Assembly: GCF_009914755.1 (NCBI RefSeq)
Contig: NC_060925.1
Strand: one strand, 5' to 3'
Source: the human T2T-CHM13v2.0 reference genome, Homo sapiens
Length of the DNA stretch: 64,000 bases
The notes beneath the pieces were generated by a model. That model was not told where the DNA came from and did no database searches. It saw only the letters and a program-made list of their open reading frames with translations. Below are positions 1 to 12,184 of the stretch, in pieces. How positions within the stretch are numbered: position 1 is the first letter of the stretch; every line of letters starts with the position of its first letter. A program made the position numbers and the translations under genes.

Positions 1-147
1 TGACCTGCAGTGTGGATGGATTGGGATTTTGTGGGGGAGGTGGTGGAAGTAAGGGATGGGTGAGAGGATCCCACCACTGACTTGCATGTGCAGGACACTG
101 CTTTGGGGGTGAATCCTGAAGCACTGAGGGGCCTTGGGGGTTTTCAG

Positions 148-249
148 GAATTTGCCACCTTAACCCGGGAGCTGAGCATGTGTCGGGAGCAGCTTCTAGA
201 GCGGGAGGAAGAGATATCAGAACTGAAAGCAGAACGGAATAACACACGG
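148..249 (+). CDS. PPFIA4: PPFIA4 coding exon (EFATL...NNTR)
   Basis: ttttcag|GAA ... CGG|gtaagt; 102 nt, phase 0/0. Confidence 0.95.
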
Positions 250-271
250 GTAAGTGGGGATGACCTTGTGT

Positions 272-303
272 CGCGCGCGCGCACGTGTGTGTGTGTGTGT
301 ATG
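272..303. repeat. (CG)5-CACG-(TG)n alternating purine/pyrimidine tract
   Basis: cgcgcgcgcgcacgtgtgtgtgtgtgtgtatg. Confidence 0.9.
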
Positions 304-624
304 GGGGTGTGTTGTGAACACCTTGACCAAGAGAGCAGGCAAGAGTGGGGCCAGGCACAGTCCTAGCTCAAGCCCCATCCTTCCCTCTTCCTGTCTCCCA
401 TCCTGGGGTGAGAGTTACATCGTTTAACCACCAGTGCTGGGCTCTCCACCTGTAGTTGCTGGTTCACAGAAAGCTCAGGGTCCTGGGGAGAGGCCGGGGC
501 AGTCACCTTGAGTAGTATCAGTTGGGGCAGGAGCTCTGTGCCCATTTGGAAGTATTTCAGTGTTTTCACAGTGGGGTGGCTGTAACTCATGTCTGCTCGG
601 GGATCACATGGACCCTGCTTGTAG

Positions 625-936
<312 letters not shown>

Positions 937-1129
937 TAGGGAGCACTGGCTCCCTCCAAACATTGTCTTAACTTCAAGGTCCTCCTGTTAGGCTCCCTCC
1001 TGCAAATGTGCTGCTTAGTAGGCCCTTCACTGTCCTCATGCTCAGTGGTGGTAGACCAAGCCCAGTCTCTTCCAGCCTGACTCAAGTGGGGTCCCCCTTT
1101 CTTCCTCCATCTCCCCTTACCTCGAGCAG

Positions 1130-1204
1130 GTGCGAGAGCGGCTCCGGGCAGCGCTGGAGCGAGTCACCACCTTGGAGGAGCAGCTGGCAGGTGCCCACCA
1201 GCAG
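1130..1204 (+). CDS. PPFIA4: PPFIA4 coding exon (VRERL...AHQQ)
   Basis: gagcag|GTG ... CAG|gtaatc; 75 nt. Confidence 0.93.
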
Positions 1205-1446
1205 GTAATCTGCCTGCTCACCCTCAGTCTGCAGCTCCTGGAAGTCCAGGCTGGTTCACCCCTGTGCCCTACTCTGTTTCTTGTCAGATTTCTCCCTGCC
1301 ATGGCTGGAAGCTGCTAGGCAAGGCTAGGCTGAGCACCTCTTTCTAGGAGACATTTTTTAACTAAGACAGGGGCTTTGGAAGGGTCTGGAATGTATGGGA
1401 GGTTCTCTTCTCTTTGACTCATTGCCCTGGGGCTTGTGCCCTACAG

Positions 1447-1536
1447 GTGTCTGCCCTGCAGCAGGGGGCAGGGGTGCGGGATGGAGCGGCAGAAGAGGAG
1501 GGGACTGTGGAGCTGGGGCCGAAACGCCTGTGGAAG
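1447..1536 (+). CDS. PPFIA4: PPFIA4 coding exon (VSALQ...RLWK)
   Basis: ctacag|GTG ... AAG|gtaggt; 90 nt. Confidence 0.9.
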
Positions 1537-2118
1537 GTAGGTCATGGAGAGCTGTGTAGCAGGGGTCATGTGTTCCCCAAGGTGGGAGGTTGGAGGCCCG
1601 GCTCTGCCTTAGTTCAGTAGACTAACTGCTTGAATTAAATTTGAGGCTTTCTCTGATATTCCCCCTTCTCTTTTCTTCTTCTCCCTACCCCATCTGCAAT
1701 GAAATCTGTAGATTTTTATTTTAGTGCCCAACACATGCTGGGCACATCATACGCTTGTCTGCTTGAATTGTTAGGCACCATCTGCCTCATGTGGCAGCAT
1801 CAGGCAAGATTCCTTCTCTGTCTGAACCTTTGTTCCCCCAGTCACGCCCCTTTCTGGGTTACAAGAGGCTGGCATAGCAGATAAAACTAGAAACTTGTTT
1901 TCAAGAGAGACAAAGGATAGCAAGGTGTTTGGTCATTGTCAGGAGTGACCTCCTGGGGCCCAGAGGGAGGCAGTTGTAGCCAGAGGAGTGCTGTGATGTT
2001 GGGGGCAGAGCCTTGACCTGCTCTGGGTGTGCTGTTCCTCCTTCCACCCCTGGGATAGGGGAGTGGGGTGGGTGGGATGCTGCTGTGACTCACAGAGCTA
2101 CTGTCCCTATCCCTGGAG

Positions 2119-2310
2119 GAGGATACGGGCCGGGTAGAGGAGCTGCAGGAGCTCCTGGAGAAGCAGAACTTTGAGTTGAGCCAGGCCCGGGAGCGACTGG
2201 TCACCCTAACAACAACCGTGACTGAACTCGAGGAGGACCTGGGCACGGCCCGCCGGGACCTCATCAAGTCGGAGGAGCTGAGCAGCAAGCATCAGCGGGA
2301 CCTCCGGGAG
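2119..2310 (+). CDS. PPFIA4: PPFIA4 coding exon (EDTGR...DLRE); 5' edge ambiguous (GAG/GAG tandem acceptor)
   Basis: ccctggag|GAG GAT ... GAG|gtgcgt; 192 nt; coiled-coil heptads. Confidence 0.85.
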
Positions 2311-2591
2311 GTGCGTGAGGGCGCAGGCCTGCTCTGTGACCTCATTGTGGAGCGTGTGGAGGGAGAGCCAGGCAAAGGCTCTGGGGCGTGAGACTGAACA
2401 CCTGCCTCCTTGCCTGGCTCCATTGTTGGGGGGCGGTCATGGAAGGGGTGGGCCAAAGCCAGAAACTGACAGGAGAGTGTAGCTCATGCCCCTTAATGGG
2501 TTCCAATCAGCCAGGTGTGGGTGGGGAGGTGTAGACAGGATGGGGGCAAGGAAAGGCTGGTTACCGTCCTTCTTGTCCCCTCTTCTCCCAG

Positions 2592-2738
2592 GCTCTGGCC
2601 CAGAAGGAGGACATGGAAGAGCGGATTACTACACTGGAGAAGCGCTACCTGGCTGCTCAGCGTGAGGCAACATCCATCCATGACCTCAATGACAAGCTGG
2701 AGAATGAGCTGGCCAACAAGGAGTCCCTGCACCGCCAG
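2592..2738 (+). CDS. PPFIA4: PPFIA4 coding exon (ALAQK...LHRQ)
   Basis: ctcccag|GCT ... CAG|gtacct; 147 nt. Confidence 0.95.
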
Positions 2739-2998
2739 GTACCTCCTCAGGGTGGGGTGGGGATGGGCATTGTACTTAGCCCTGGAGGTGTCCTCGTGAA
2801 CCTACTGGTGATGGCTGAGGAGCCCCTGGGGTCCTGCAGGTCACCCTTTGAAAGGGGAAGTCAGGCGTCTCGGGCAGCCAACAACCAAGATTGTCCCTTG
2901 CTGCTTCTGACCTGTCATCTGCTCTCTGCTGAGGCTGGGGTGGGGGTGGGGGCTTCAGTGCTCCCTTTTGAATCACTTCACCACCCCCACATTGCTAG

Positions 2999-3133
2999 TG
3001 TGAGGAGAAGGCCCGACACCTGCAGGAGCTGCTGGAGGTGGCAGAGCAGAAGCTGCAGCAGACGATGCGCAAGGCAGAGACGCTGCCAGAGGTGGAGGCT
3101 GAGCTGGCCCAGAGAATTGCAGCCCTCACCAAG
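2999..3133 (+). CDS. PPFIA4: PPFIA4 coding exon (CEEKA...ALTK) ending at a GC donor
   Basis: ttgctag|TGT ... AAG|gcaagt; 135 nt; joins AEERHG of the next exon. Confidence 0.92.
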
Positions 3134-4402
3134 GCAAGTGGGCCAGGGGCCTGGGATCTGCCTCTGTCCCCCATGTTCTGAGCTCTCAGGGAGCCAGGCA
3201 GGGAAGGGAGCGCGTGGGAGGCGCACTGGGCCAGGAGCCAGAAAACTGCTTCCCGCCGTGTGATTCCAGGGAGCACACTGCCTTGTGCCTGTCAGTTGGA
3301 AGAGTAATCCCTGTCCTCATCACCCTGCAGGGATGTGACAGTCTCATAAGAAGGGGTGTAAAAGTACTTGAAGGAGAAGAAGCTATGTTGATGCAAAGTG
3401 TTTTTCTTTTTCTTTTTTTTTTTTTTTTAATCCTCTACACCGTCGTGGTGAACACTTTCTTTCACTTGGGGCTGGAGCAGAAAGATTAGGACTTTCATCT
3501 CTGGAAAGGTGAAACCTTAGAAGAGAAATGGTATATATATCCCTGAAGGGCAAAGGGGTGAGAGTTAGGTTGAGTACATCTTTGATTGCCAAATTGAAGC
3601 TTCTAGATCTAGGGACTGCTCCTGGTTGTTTGAAGGCTGCAGTTTTAGGATGAAGAAAAAAGAATACAATTTTATTTAATGGATACTTTATGAAGTAGTA
3701 ATTCCTGAGAGGTGTGCTGGCTGAAAACATAATAGGTTCTGGAAGAGCCAGGTAAATGCCTGGATTTAGACATGCAGGGGTTAATCAAAATAATTTAGGA
3801 GCGTTTTCAGCTGGTCAGCCTCATATGGGATCTTCGAACCCGTGGCGAGAAGAAAACCGGTGTTTAGGAAGCACCAGGCACAGTGCTCGGAAGGGAGAGG
3901 CTGGCCGGCCAGTGTGCAGCTCAGCTGCTTCGAGGACGGAACCTGCAGCCTGGCTGTGTCCCAGCAGACCCAGGACCAAGACTGCTTCTGCCACTGACTG
4001 TCTCTGCGACCTGGGAAAAGTCATCCCCTCCCTTAACTGGGCCTCAGTGTCCTTATCACTATGTTGGAGTTAGACGGGATGGTCTCGGAGGTCTTTCCAG
4101 CCTCGAGGAATGAAGGATTGGGTTGAAATCACAGCAGAGGATGTTATGTGTGGGCTGCTGAGCAGTCAGCCTTAGTGTCTCCCAAAGCTGACATGAAGGC
4201 ACGGGCTGAAATGATTAATACAGTCAAGTGAGTCATCGCAGGAGGAGTTTAAGGAAGGATTTCCTGACTATAAGAGATGTGGCTTTCTAGAATATCTTGC
4301 CAGCAGAGACAGTAGGGTCTCCATCTCTGGACATCCATGACTGGAAAGGGAGACTACCCCACCTGGGCTGGTTTAACAGCAGAGCCGTAACCATGCGGGG
4401 CT

Positions 4403-4630
4403 AACATTTGTTGAGTGCTTACTATGTTCTCAGTGTTCGCCTTGGATTATTTCATTTAGTCTTTGTGATGGTCCAGTGGGCCTGGGTGCTATTATTACCC
4501 ACATTTTACAGTTGTGGAAACAAAGGCACATAGAGGTTTGGTAACTTGTCTAAGGTCACACAGGTGGTAAGAGGGAGCCAGGATTTGAACCCAGGCGGTG
4601 TGGCATGAGCCCATGCTCTTCAGTGTGGTT
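4403..4630 (-). mobile_element. MIR SINE
   Basis: aacatttgttgagtgcttactatg...cccacattttacag...aaggtcacacagg...ggatttgaacccagg. Confidence 0.75.
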
Positions 4631-4978
4631 CTATCCATCTGGAGGCGTAGAGGTTTATGGTAGCTCATGCTTTCAAGTGGAGCTTTTTCTGGAAGCATGG
4701 GGATTATTTATAGTCTCTTGAACTGCTAGCTTCAGGATGTTTTAAGGCTAGGCCTGAGCGAGGAGGAGGCAGGGGAGACCTGGCAGGTATTGAAGTACCT
4801 GGGAAGAAAGGCAATGGGGATGGTGGTCCTGCTCCAAGATGATAAGTGGAGGCTGAGCGTCACTGGTACTGGGGGCCATGATCCCCAGGGCCACCCTGGC
4901 ACCAGGGTGCAGGGGATGCGGGGCCTGAGCAGGAAGAACAGAGATCTGCGGGCTGCACCGACCCATCCCTGCCCCTAG

Positions 4979-5062
4979 GCTGAAGAACGGCATGGCAACA
5001 TTGAGGAGCACCTGCGGCAGCTGGAGGGACAGCTGGAGGAGAAGAACCAGGAGCTGGCACGG
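4979..5062 (+). CDS. PPFIA4: PPFIA4 coding exon (AEERH...ELAR)
   Basis: cccctag|GCT ... CGG|gtgagg; 84 nt. Confidence 0.93.
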
Positions 5063-5334
5063 GTGAGGGCACCAGGCCGGGCCCTCAGGCCCCCTCCTTC
5101 CCGCAGGACAGGCTCCCAGGGCGGTCTGTGGAAGGGGCACGGAGGAAGGGCCTGGCCAGGGACACAGCCACAGAGAGTGGGAGGAGGCTGGCAGGTGAAG
5201 GGGGAGGTGGTCAGGAGACTGGAGAGAGTGGCTCCCAGAGGATGAGAAGAGGACAGGGGAGGGAGTCAAACCCCAGCAGGAGAGGGTGGTCCTCCCTGGG
5301 AGGGCGGCCTGGTGCGAGGCAGACGGCTGTGCAG

Positions 5335-5466
5335 GTGCGCCAGCGGGAAAAGATGAATGAGGACCACAACAAGCGGCTGTCGGACACAGTGGACCGGCTG
5401 CTCAGCGAGTCCAACGAGCGTCTGCAGCTCCACCTGAAGGAGCGCATGGCTGCCCTGGAGGAGAAG
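5335..5466 (+). CDS. PPFIA4: PPFIA4 coding exon (VRQRE...LEEK)
   Basis: tgtgcag|GTG ... AAG|gtgccc; 132 nt; liprin motif [25 protein letters not shown]. Confidence 0.93.
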
Positions 5467-5669
5467 GTGCCCAGAGGGGCGGGGTTGGGATGCGAGAGGT
5501 TAGTGCTGGGTGTGGGGCGGGGGGAGGCGGGACTGTGATGGGCGCAGGCGGGGTCTCAATGGGGTGGGTGGCCAGCCTGGAGAGGTGGGGCTGAGACTGC
5601 ACACCCAGAGGCTCAGGTCTGGAATGGGAGAGGAAGGCAGGGGCCTGGCTCACAGCTGCTCTCCCCCAG

Positions 5670-5732
5670 AACACGTTGATCCAGGAGTTGGAGAGCTCCC
5701 AGCGGCAGATTGAGGAGCAGCACCACCACAAG
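5670..5732 (+). CDS. PPFIA4: PPFIA4 coding exon (NTLIQ...HHHK)
   Basis: cccccag|AAC ... AAG|gtaccc; 63 nt. Confidence 0.88.
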
Positions 5733-6427
5733 GTACCCGGCTGCGGCCAGCCCCGCCCAGCCTGGGAGGGCCGGGTTGCAGGGAGGAAAGGACACCCTGC
5801 TTTTAACGCTGCTGCTCTGATACCTGGCAGTGTTAGTGCATATGTTAGTGCACTACATACATTATTCCGTGATTTCTCACTAGAGCCCATCATGGTAGGT
5901 GCATTACTGCCCACAGGGAAAGAAGAAACTGAGGCCAGAAGCATAGGGCAGAGGTGGACAGCAGAGAGGCAGGGCCCAGTGAGGGGCTCCACCCCAGGAT
6001 TTGGAGGGAGCTTCAAACCCTGGTGCAGCCAGAGCCTGGTGATTCTGGGAGGATTTGCCTCCGTCCTGGCCTCGGCAATGTCTGTGAGGTCTGAGGGGGT
6101 GCTGGGGCCCTCTGCTGCCCAGCCTCATCTGCTGTGCATCTGTGCAGTAGTGAGGGGTCGGCAGGCCTAGGCTAGCAGAGCCCTCCCCAGACAGACCCCC
6201 TCCTGGCCCTGCCCCTGCCCATCCTTCCACTCACTCTCTGGTTGGACCTCTTCTCTTTTGGTGTCATCTGTGGGCCTGGCCTGGGGCCCCTGGCTTTGGA
6301 CTTTGCAGTACATTCTTCAGCTTCTCCCCAACTCTGCTGTCCTCTTTGTCCCTCTCTGACTCCCACCCTCCCTCTCTGCCCCTCCCTGGCCCCCACTCCC
6401 GCCCCCACCCCGGGTCTGCTGGCACAG

Positions 6428-6519
6428 GGCCGCCTGTCTGAAGAGATTGAGAAGCTGCGCCAAGAGGTGGACCAGCTGAAGGGCCGAGGGGGGCCGTTTG
6501 TGGATGGCGTCCACTCCAG
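6428..6519 (+). CDS. PPFIA4: PPFIA4 coding exon (GRLSE...VHS)
   Basis: ggcacag|GGC ... AG|gtactg; 92 nt, phase 0/2. Confidence 0.9.
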
Positions 6520-8521
6520 GTACTGCAGCGCCAGAGGCTGGGCATGCCAGGACGGGGTCCTGATGGACCGTGAGGAAGGAGACTTCCTTCCAACAAAAGA
6601 CTGCCCAGGACCTCAGGGTCCTCCTCCTGTTCAGGGTGGGACACTGAGGCTCAGATAACTTGGTCAGAGTCACCCAGCTTACTTGGGCAGTTTGGGAGGG
6701 AACACCTGTCCTCCGAGGGCTGCTGAGAGGCGAGTCATCAGACAGCCAGTGCTCTGTCCCCGCTGTGGTAGGACATAGGCCATGATTTCTGCTTCCTTGA
6801 CAGAGGGCACACCCCTGAGAGAGGCCTGCACATCCCTTGCTTAGCCATGTCCCACAGGGCCCACTGGTAGGGAGAGCCATTCACTCCAGTTCTCTTGAGA
6901 GTCAAGGACCACCTGAGTTCAGGCAGCGGGCAGAAAGGCAGCAGGAGAGATTGGAATGAAGCATCAGAAACTTCCTTACTGGAAGTTGAGACGCCATGGC
7001 AATCCTATGGACTTGGCATCCCTTTTCTTGAAACCATTGTGAGAGATGGAGCTTATCTCCTAATGCTTGAATTAGGCCCATGTTTAGGGAACCTCGGGAT
7101 TTCCCCCACATTTTGTGGAGCGATGGGTATTGAATTCAGACCTCGAGCCTGTCCTCAGTACCCAGGCCAGAGAGGTGGGGTGAAGACAGGGGAGACTGAA
7201 ATGGATGGTGCCACTCAAGGTTCATGGCTCTTGGCTGTTTTCTCTCCAAACCAAAGTCTCTTAGATCAGAACCCTTGCCGTTCCCTTTGGTCATGTGCTT
7301 GCTGTATCAGGGAAATGGAGATGAACTACCATGAAGAAAGGTTAATGGAAATATCCATATAGATATGTGTGGAGGGGCAGTGGTTGAAATAGGGAAGGGG
7401 ATGTTGAGCTTGAAGAAGAGAAGCCCACGGGTGTCTGGGGTGGTAGAGACTTAAGTGCCATCTCCACGCTCGCCAGGAATTATTGTATATGGGTATGAAG
7501 GGAAGCAGAGGATGGAGACAGGCAACAGTAGTTGGCATTTCTCCTACTTCTCCCATCCTGACCAGAAGAGACAACCCCTCAATTAGTAAAATACGGCCCA
7601 CAGTACACCAAGCCATTTGCCACTGCTTGGCTTTTTTTTTTTTTTCTTAATGGTTGGGAATGCTTGGGTTCGACTATAGAATCATTGGATTCATCGTGGA
7701 ATTGGGGCTGAGTTGCAGGGAGAAAAGGGGAACATGCAGGAACTTCCCTCTCCCTCCAGTGACCTCGTATGGTCTGTTGTAGGCTCACTGTGTCCCTTCA
7801 CTCTGGACTCCCTCAAGGGTTCCAAGTAGGAAGGCACAGGGAGGAAGTATCACTAGGGGAGGCTTCCAGATATTCCAGGGGATTGTTGCTTGGGTCCTAA
7901 AATCTCAGGGTTGGAATAGACTCTTGGGGCAAAGTATTTTCTCTGGCTTGTGTTTCTGACAGTGTTAGGGCCTCCTAAAGCTTCCTAGGCATAGGGGTAT
8001 GCCTGGCTTGAATTTTAACCAGGGACTCAGTCCAGATTATGGGGAGACCCGAGGAAAAGTGCTGGGTAGAAGACCAAAAAACAAAGACCCTCAGAGTGAA
8101 AAGGGCCTCTAGACATCATCCCTTCCAACATCTCCCAGTGCCTGGAGCCCTCCTGCGCCACGTGTGTCAGATGGCCGGAGAGCCTCTGCTCGAATACCTC
8201 TTTGATGGGGAGCTCAACTTTTTAAAAGCCACCAGTTGCATCGTAAGCCAACTCTTGCCATTAGAAGATCCTTCTTATGCCAGACGGAAAACCGCTCTCT
8301 GGAACTTTCTCCCCTGGCTCATTCTGACCCCTGGAGCACCAGGGCATACGTCTGCTCTCTTGCTTACACGGCAGCCCTTCAGACATTTGTGACAGCTCTG
8401 TGTCCTGCTAAGATGTCTCTTCTCTGAGCTGAAGATCCCTTGACTCTTTGGGCCCACTGGGTGTGAGCTGGGGGTCTCAGTCCTCAGGGCCTGTCTTTTC
8501 TCTCCCCCATCACCGCTCAAG

Positions 8522-8630
8522 GTCGCACATGGGCAGTGCAGCAGACGTGCGGTTCTCCCTGGGCACAACCACACACGCACCCCCAGGCGTGCATCGCCGC
8601 TACTCGGCATTGAGGGAAGAGTCTGCCAAG
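8522..8630 (+). CDS. PPFIA4: PPFIA4 coding exon (RSHMGSAAD...ESAK); contains internal ATG at 8529
   Basis: gctcaag|G TCG ... AAG|gtgagg; 109 nt, phase 2/0. Confidence 0.9.
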
Positions 8631-9711
8631 GTGAGGGGGTGGAGGGATCTCCTCAGGGAGTTTGGGGTCAATTCGGCCGCGTGCCTGGCTCCAGTTACGC
8701 AGACGGCTGGTGTGTGGGGCAAATCCTTCCCCTTCCCTCCCGTGTCAATGACAGCTGCAGCCCTGGGGTTGAGGCCATCGTCAGCTGCAACAGCTGTGCC
8801 CCCCCCCCCGCTTGCCTTGGCCTCCTGGTGGGCAAGAGGTGGGGGCTGGCAGGCAGCCAACAGTCCCTGAGGCCCCACTGAAGTGTGTGTGCGTGTGCCT
8901 GGGCGTGCAGGCGTGTGTATCTGGTGGTCGGGCGTGGGGGGTGGGGGAGCTTCACGGGTAAGATGGAATTGGCAGACTTTCTGGAACAAAAGCTGTGGTT
9001 CATGGCGGAGACGAGGGAGGGATGACAGGTTAACTGGCCCTTGGGATGGCACCTGGAGTTTTCCGAGAAGCAGCTGTGAGTTCATGCTGTCTGAGTCTGC
9101 CTAGGGAGATTAGGGGAGAATGAGGAAAGATATGGGGCAGAAAAATGCCGAGTTTGATCTTTTGGGAAAGTGCAATTATTCGTCATGCTCTGTCCTGAAT
9201 CCAGGTCCTCTAAATATCATTTAGAGCACTGGGGTATTAGAAGATATAGATGGAGAAAGAGGGAACTCCTAGTCTCAGGGGAAGATTCACTCTGCCCTTA
9301 AGAAATCCTCAGTCCGATGGGGGAGTCACAGTCTGAAGGTGCCTCTTTTTCTTTCTCCCCCGACTTCTTTGCTCTTTCTGTTTATAAGAATATAGCAGCT
9401 ATCCAGGAGCTGAGAGGCTGCAGGAGCCTGAAGGGGAGCTAGGGGGCTTGGGTCATAGAGGATGGGTGTTAGAGTACCTTTCTGTCCCTGGCTCCCTTCC
9501 TTCCTTCTCTACTCTTCTGTTCTCCACCCTCCCCTCTTCTGGGCCTTTGTCCGCTGGATAGGTTTGTAGGATGATTTCAGAGAAGCTGCCGCCTCTCAGG
9601 GTTGACCAGACTGTCCTGTGATGATCTGAAACTCTGCAGACTGTCTATTCAGGCCTGCTTGGCCTTTCTGTTCTCTGGGTGTAGTCAGCCTTTGAGTTTG
9701 TATGGATGGAA

Positions 9712-9945
9712 ACTGATAGCATTTATGTAGTGCTTGCTTTGTGCCAGGCACAGTGCTAAGGGCTTTACATGTATTTTCCTCATTTGATCCTCACAGCTAT
9801 CTATGAGGTAAGTACTTTACCATCCCTATTTTACAGATGAAGAAACTGAGGCACAGAGAGGTTAAAAAATGTTCCTATGGTTGCACAACTAGTGTTTGGT
9901 GGAGATGAGATTCAAACCAAAGCCGTCTCTCTCTGGATTCTCTTC
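9712..9945 (-). mobile_element. MIR SINE
   Basis: core ccctattttacagatgaagaaactgaggcacagagaggttaa. Confidence 0.8.
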
Positions 9946-9957
9946 TTAACAGTTAGA

Positions 9958-10430
<473 letters not shown>

Positions 10431-10505
10431 AGAGGTAGGGAGGGTCCTGCTCTGCAGTTATCTGGGTGTCTTATTACGACTCCTTTACCCTCCTCCTTTG
10501 CTAAG

Positions 10506-10714
10506 GACTGGGAGACTTCTCCACTGCCTGGGATGCTGGCCCCGGCAGCTGGCCCTGCCTTTGACAGTGACCCTGAGATCTCCGACGTGGATGAGGATGA
10601 GCCAGGGGGTCTGGTGGGCTCTGCGGATGTTGTCTCCCCCAGCGGCCACTCAGATGCCCAGACCCTGGCCATGATGCTGCAGGAGCAGCTGGATGCCATC
10701 AATGAGGAAATCAG
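10506..10714 (+). CDS. PPFIA4: PPFIA4 coding exon (DWETS...NEEI)
   Basis: tgctaag|GAC ... AG|gttagg; 209 nt; liprin motif [21 protein letters not shown]. Confidence 0.94.
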
Positions 10715-11064
10715 GTTAGGGCAGGGCTGGAGGGCTTGGGAAGTGCATTGAAGGGCAGGGGGGCCCTTTGTGTTGGAAAAACCCTATATGGGTTTGCCCA
10801 ACTCTTATAGCTGCAACTTAGAGTACCACAGTTCAGGGACCCTCTGTGGGTCATCAGGCCCGCTGCCAGTGCCGGAGTGAGAGGAGCAGGGCCTCAGTGG
10901 ACTTCTCAGGCTTCACCTCCCCTCTCAGGGCTTGCGATGTGGCTGGGCTCAGGAGGATGCATGCTGTGTTCCTGCAGCCCTGCAGCTGATCTTAACCACT
11001 AAGAGTGTAGCTCCTGCTTACTGAGGCTAGCTCAGGGTGAGAGCTTTGTAAATGTCACTGTCCA

Positions 11065-11222
11065 TCTTACCACAGTGCCTGAGGTAGGCAGCATGATCCC
11101 TGTTTTACAGACAAGGGAACAGAAACTCAGAGAGGTTAAGTGACTTGCCCAAAGCCACACAGAAGTGACAGAGCCAGGATTCAAACTCAAGTCTGAACTT
11201 GGCCCACTGCACCATGCCTCCT
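11065..11222 (-). mobile_element. MIR SINE fragment
   Basis: ttttacagacaagggaacagaaactcagagaggttaagtgacttgcccaa. Confidence 0.7.
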
Positions 11223-11423
11223 GTCCCTAATAAGGCATCAAACAGAAACAGTGACAGGGAACGTTGTGAAAACCTTCACTTTGTCCTGCCTTTTTAATGA
11301 GTTTATTAATGTTAATGACAAACAGCAGGGCAATATCTGAGCTGGAGTGTATCAGAGCTTTATAAGCTGTACAGGACATCCAGTTCAATGGTTCAATGTA
11401 TTGCACAGACCAGTTACAAAGAA

Positions 11424-11424
<1 letters not shown>

Positions 11425-11460
<36 letters not shown>

Positions 11461-11480
11461 ACACAGAGAGAGAGAGAGAA
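11425..11480. repeat. (CA)n(GA)n compound microsatellite
   Basis: acacacac...acatacacacacagagagagagagaga. Confidence 0.95.
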
Positions 11481-12184
11481 AGGTACAAACGTAGGACCAC
11501 CAGCTTTTTATTTTGCAAAGTAAAACATTAATGATAATGACTATCTATTATCGCAATCATTTTGCAAAAGAAAGGACATTTTAACATTCCTGAAGTAAGA
11601 AAGACATACTCAGAATAAAGGCGAGTCCTTCTTTGTGAAAGGGAGTGGGCATCTTTACTGGAGCATGTGTGTGTGAGAGAGTGTGTGTGTGTGCGTGTGC
11701 ATGCACTCCTTGCTGAGTGCCTCCCAGGCACACACGTGTACCATTTTTATTATTTCTCTCATTTTTCTGTGGAACAGGGAAAACCCCACCAGGGGTCAGC
11801 ATCATTTAAAAGTCCTACACTTGGAAACTGCTGACTTATACCACTTCAGACATAGCATATGTTGGGAAACTGAGGCACAGACAGCAAAATACCTGACTCA
11901 AGGCCACCCTATAGTTAGGGGTATGTCAAGAATTCTGATTTTCAGGATGGTTTATGTTCCACTGACGAAAGTGCCTCCTTCCCCAGCAGCTGCTTTTGTT
12001 AAACGGAGGGAGTAGGCAAGCTAACAAGAAAGAGATGTGTTTCTAAGCTCCAGTGGGACAGACAAAGCCTGGCGGGTGTACACCGCATGTGGTCCTTGGT
12101 GGCGAGTGCAGGCATCGACCCGCACTGCCTCCTGCTGGTCCTGGCTGGGGCTAGTGGTGAGGTCTGGTTTTGCCTCCCTTCCAG

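Noticed and set aside
11786-11801. CTCF-like CCACCAGGGGTCAGC
   Set aside because: Mismatch at a highly informative core G; not supportable without ChIP data.
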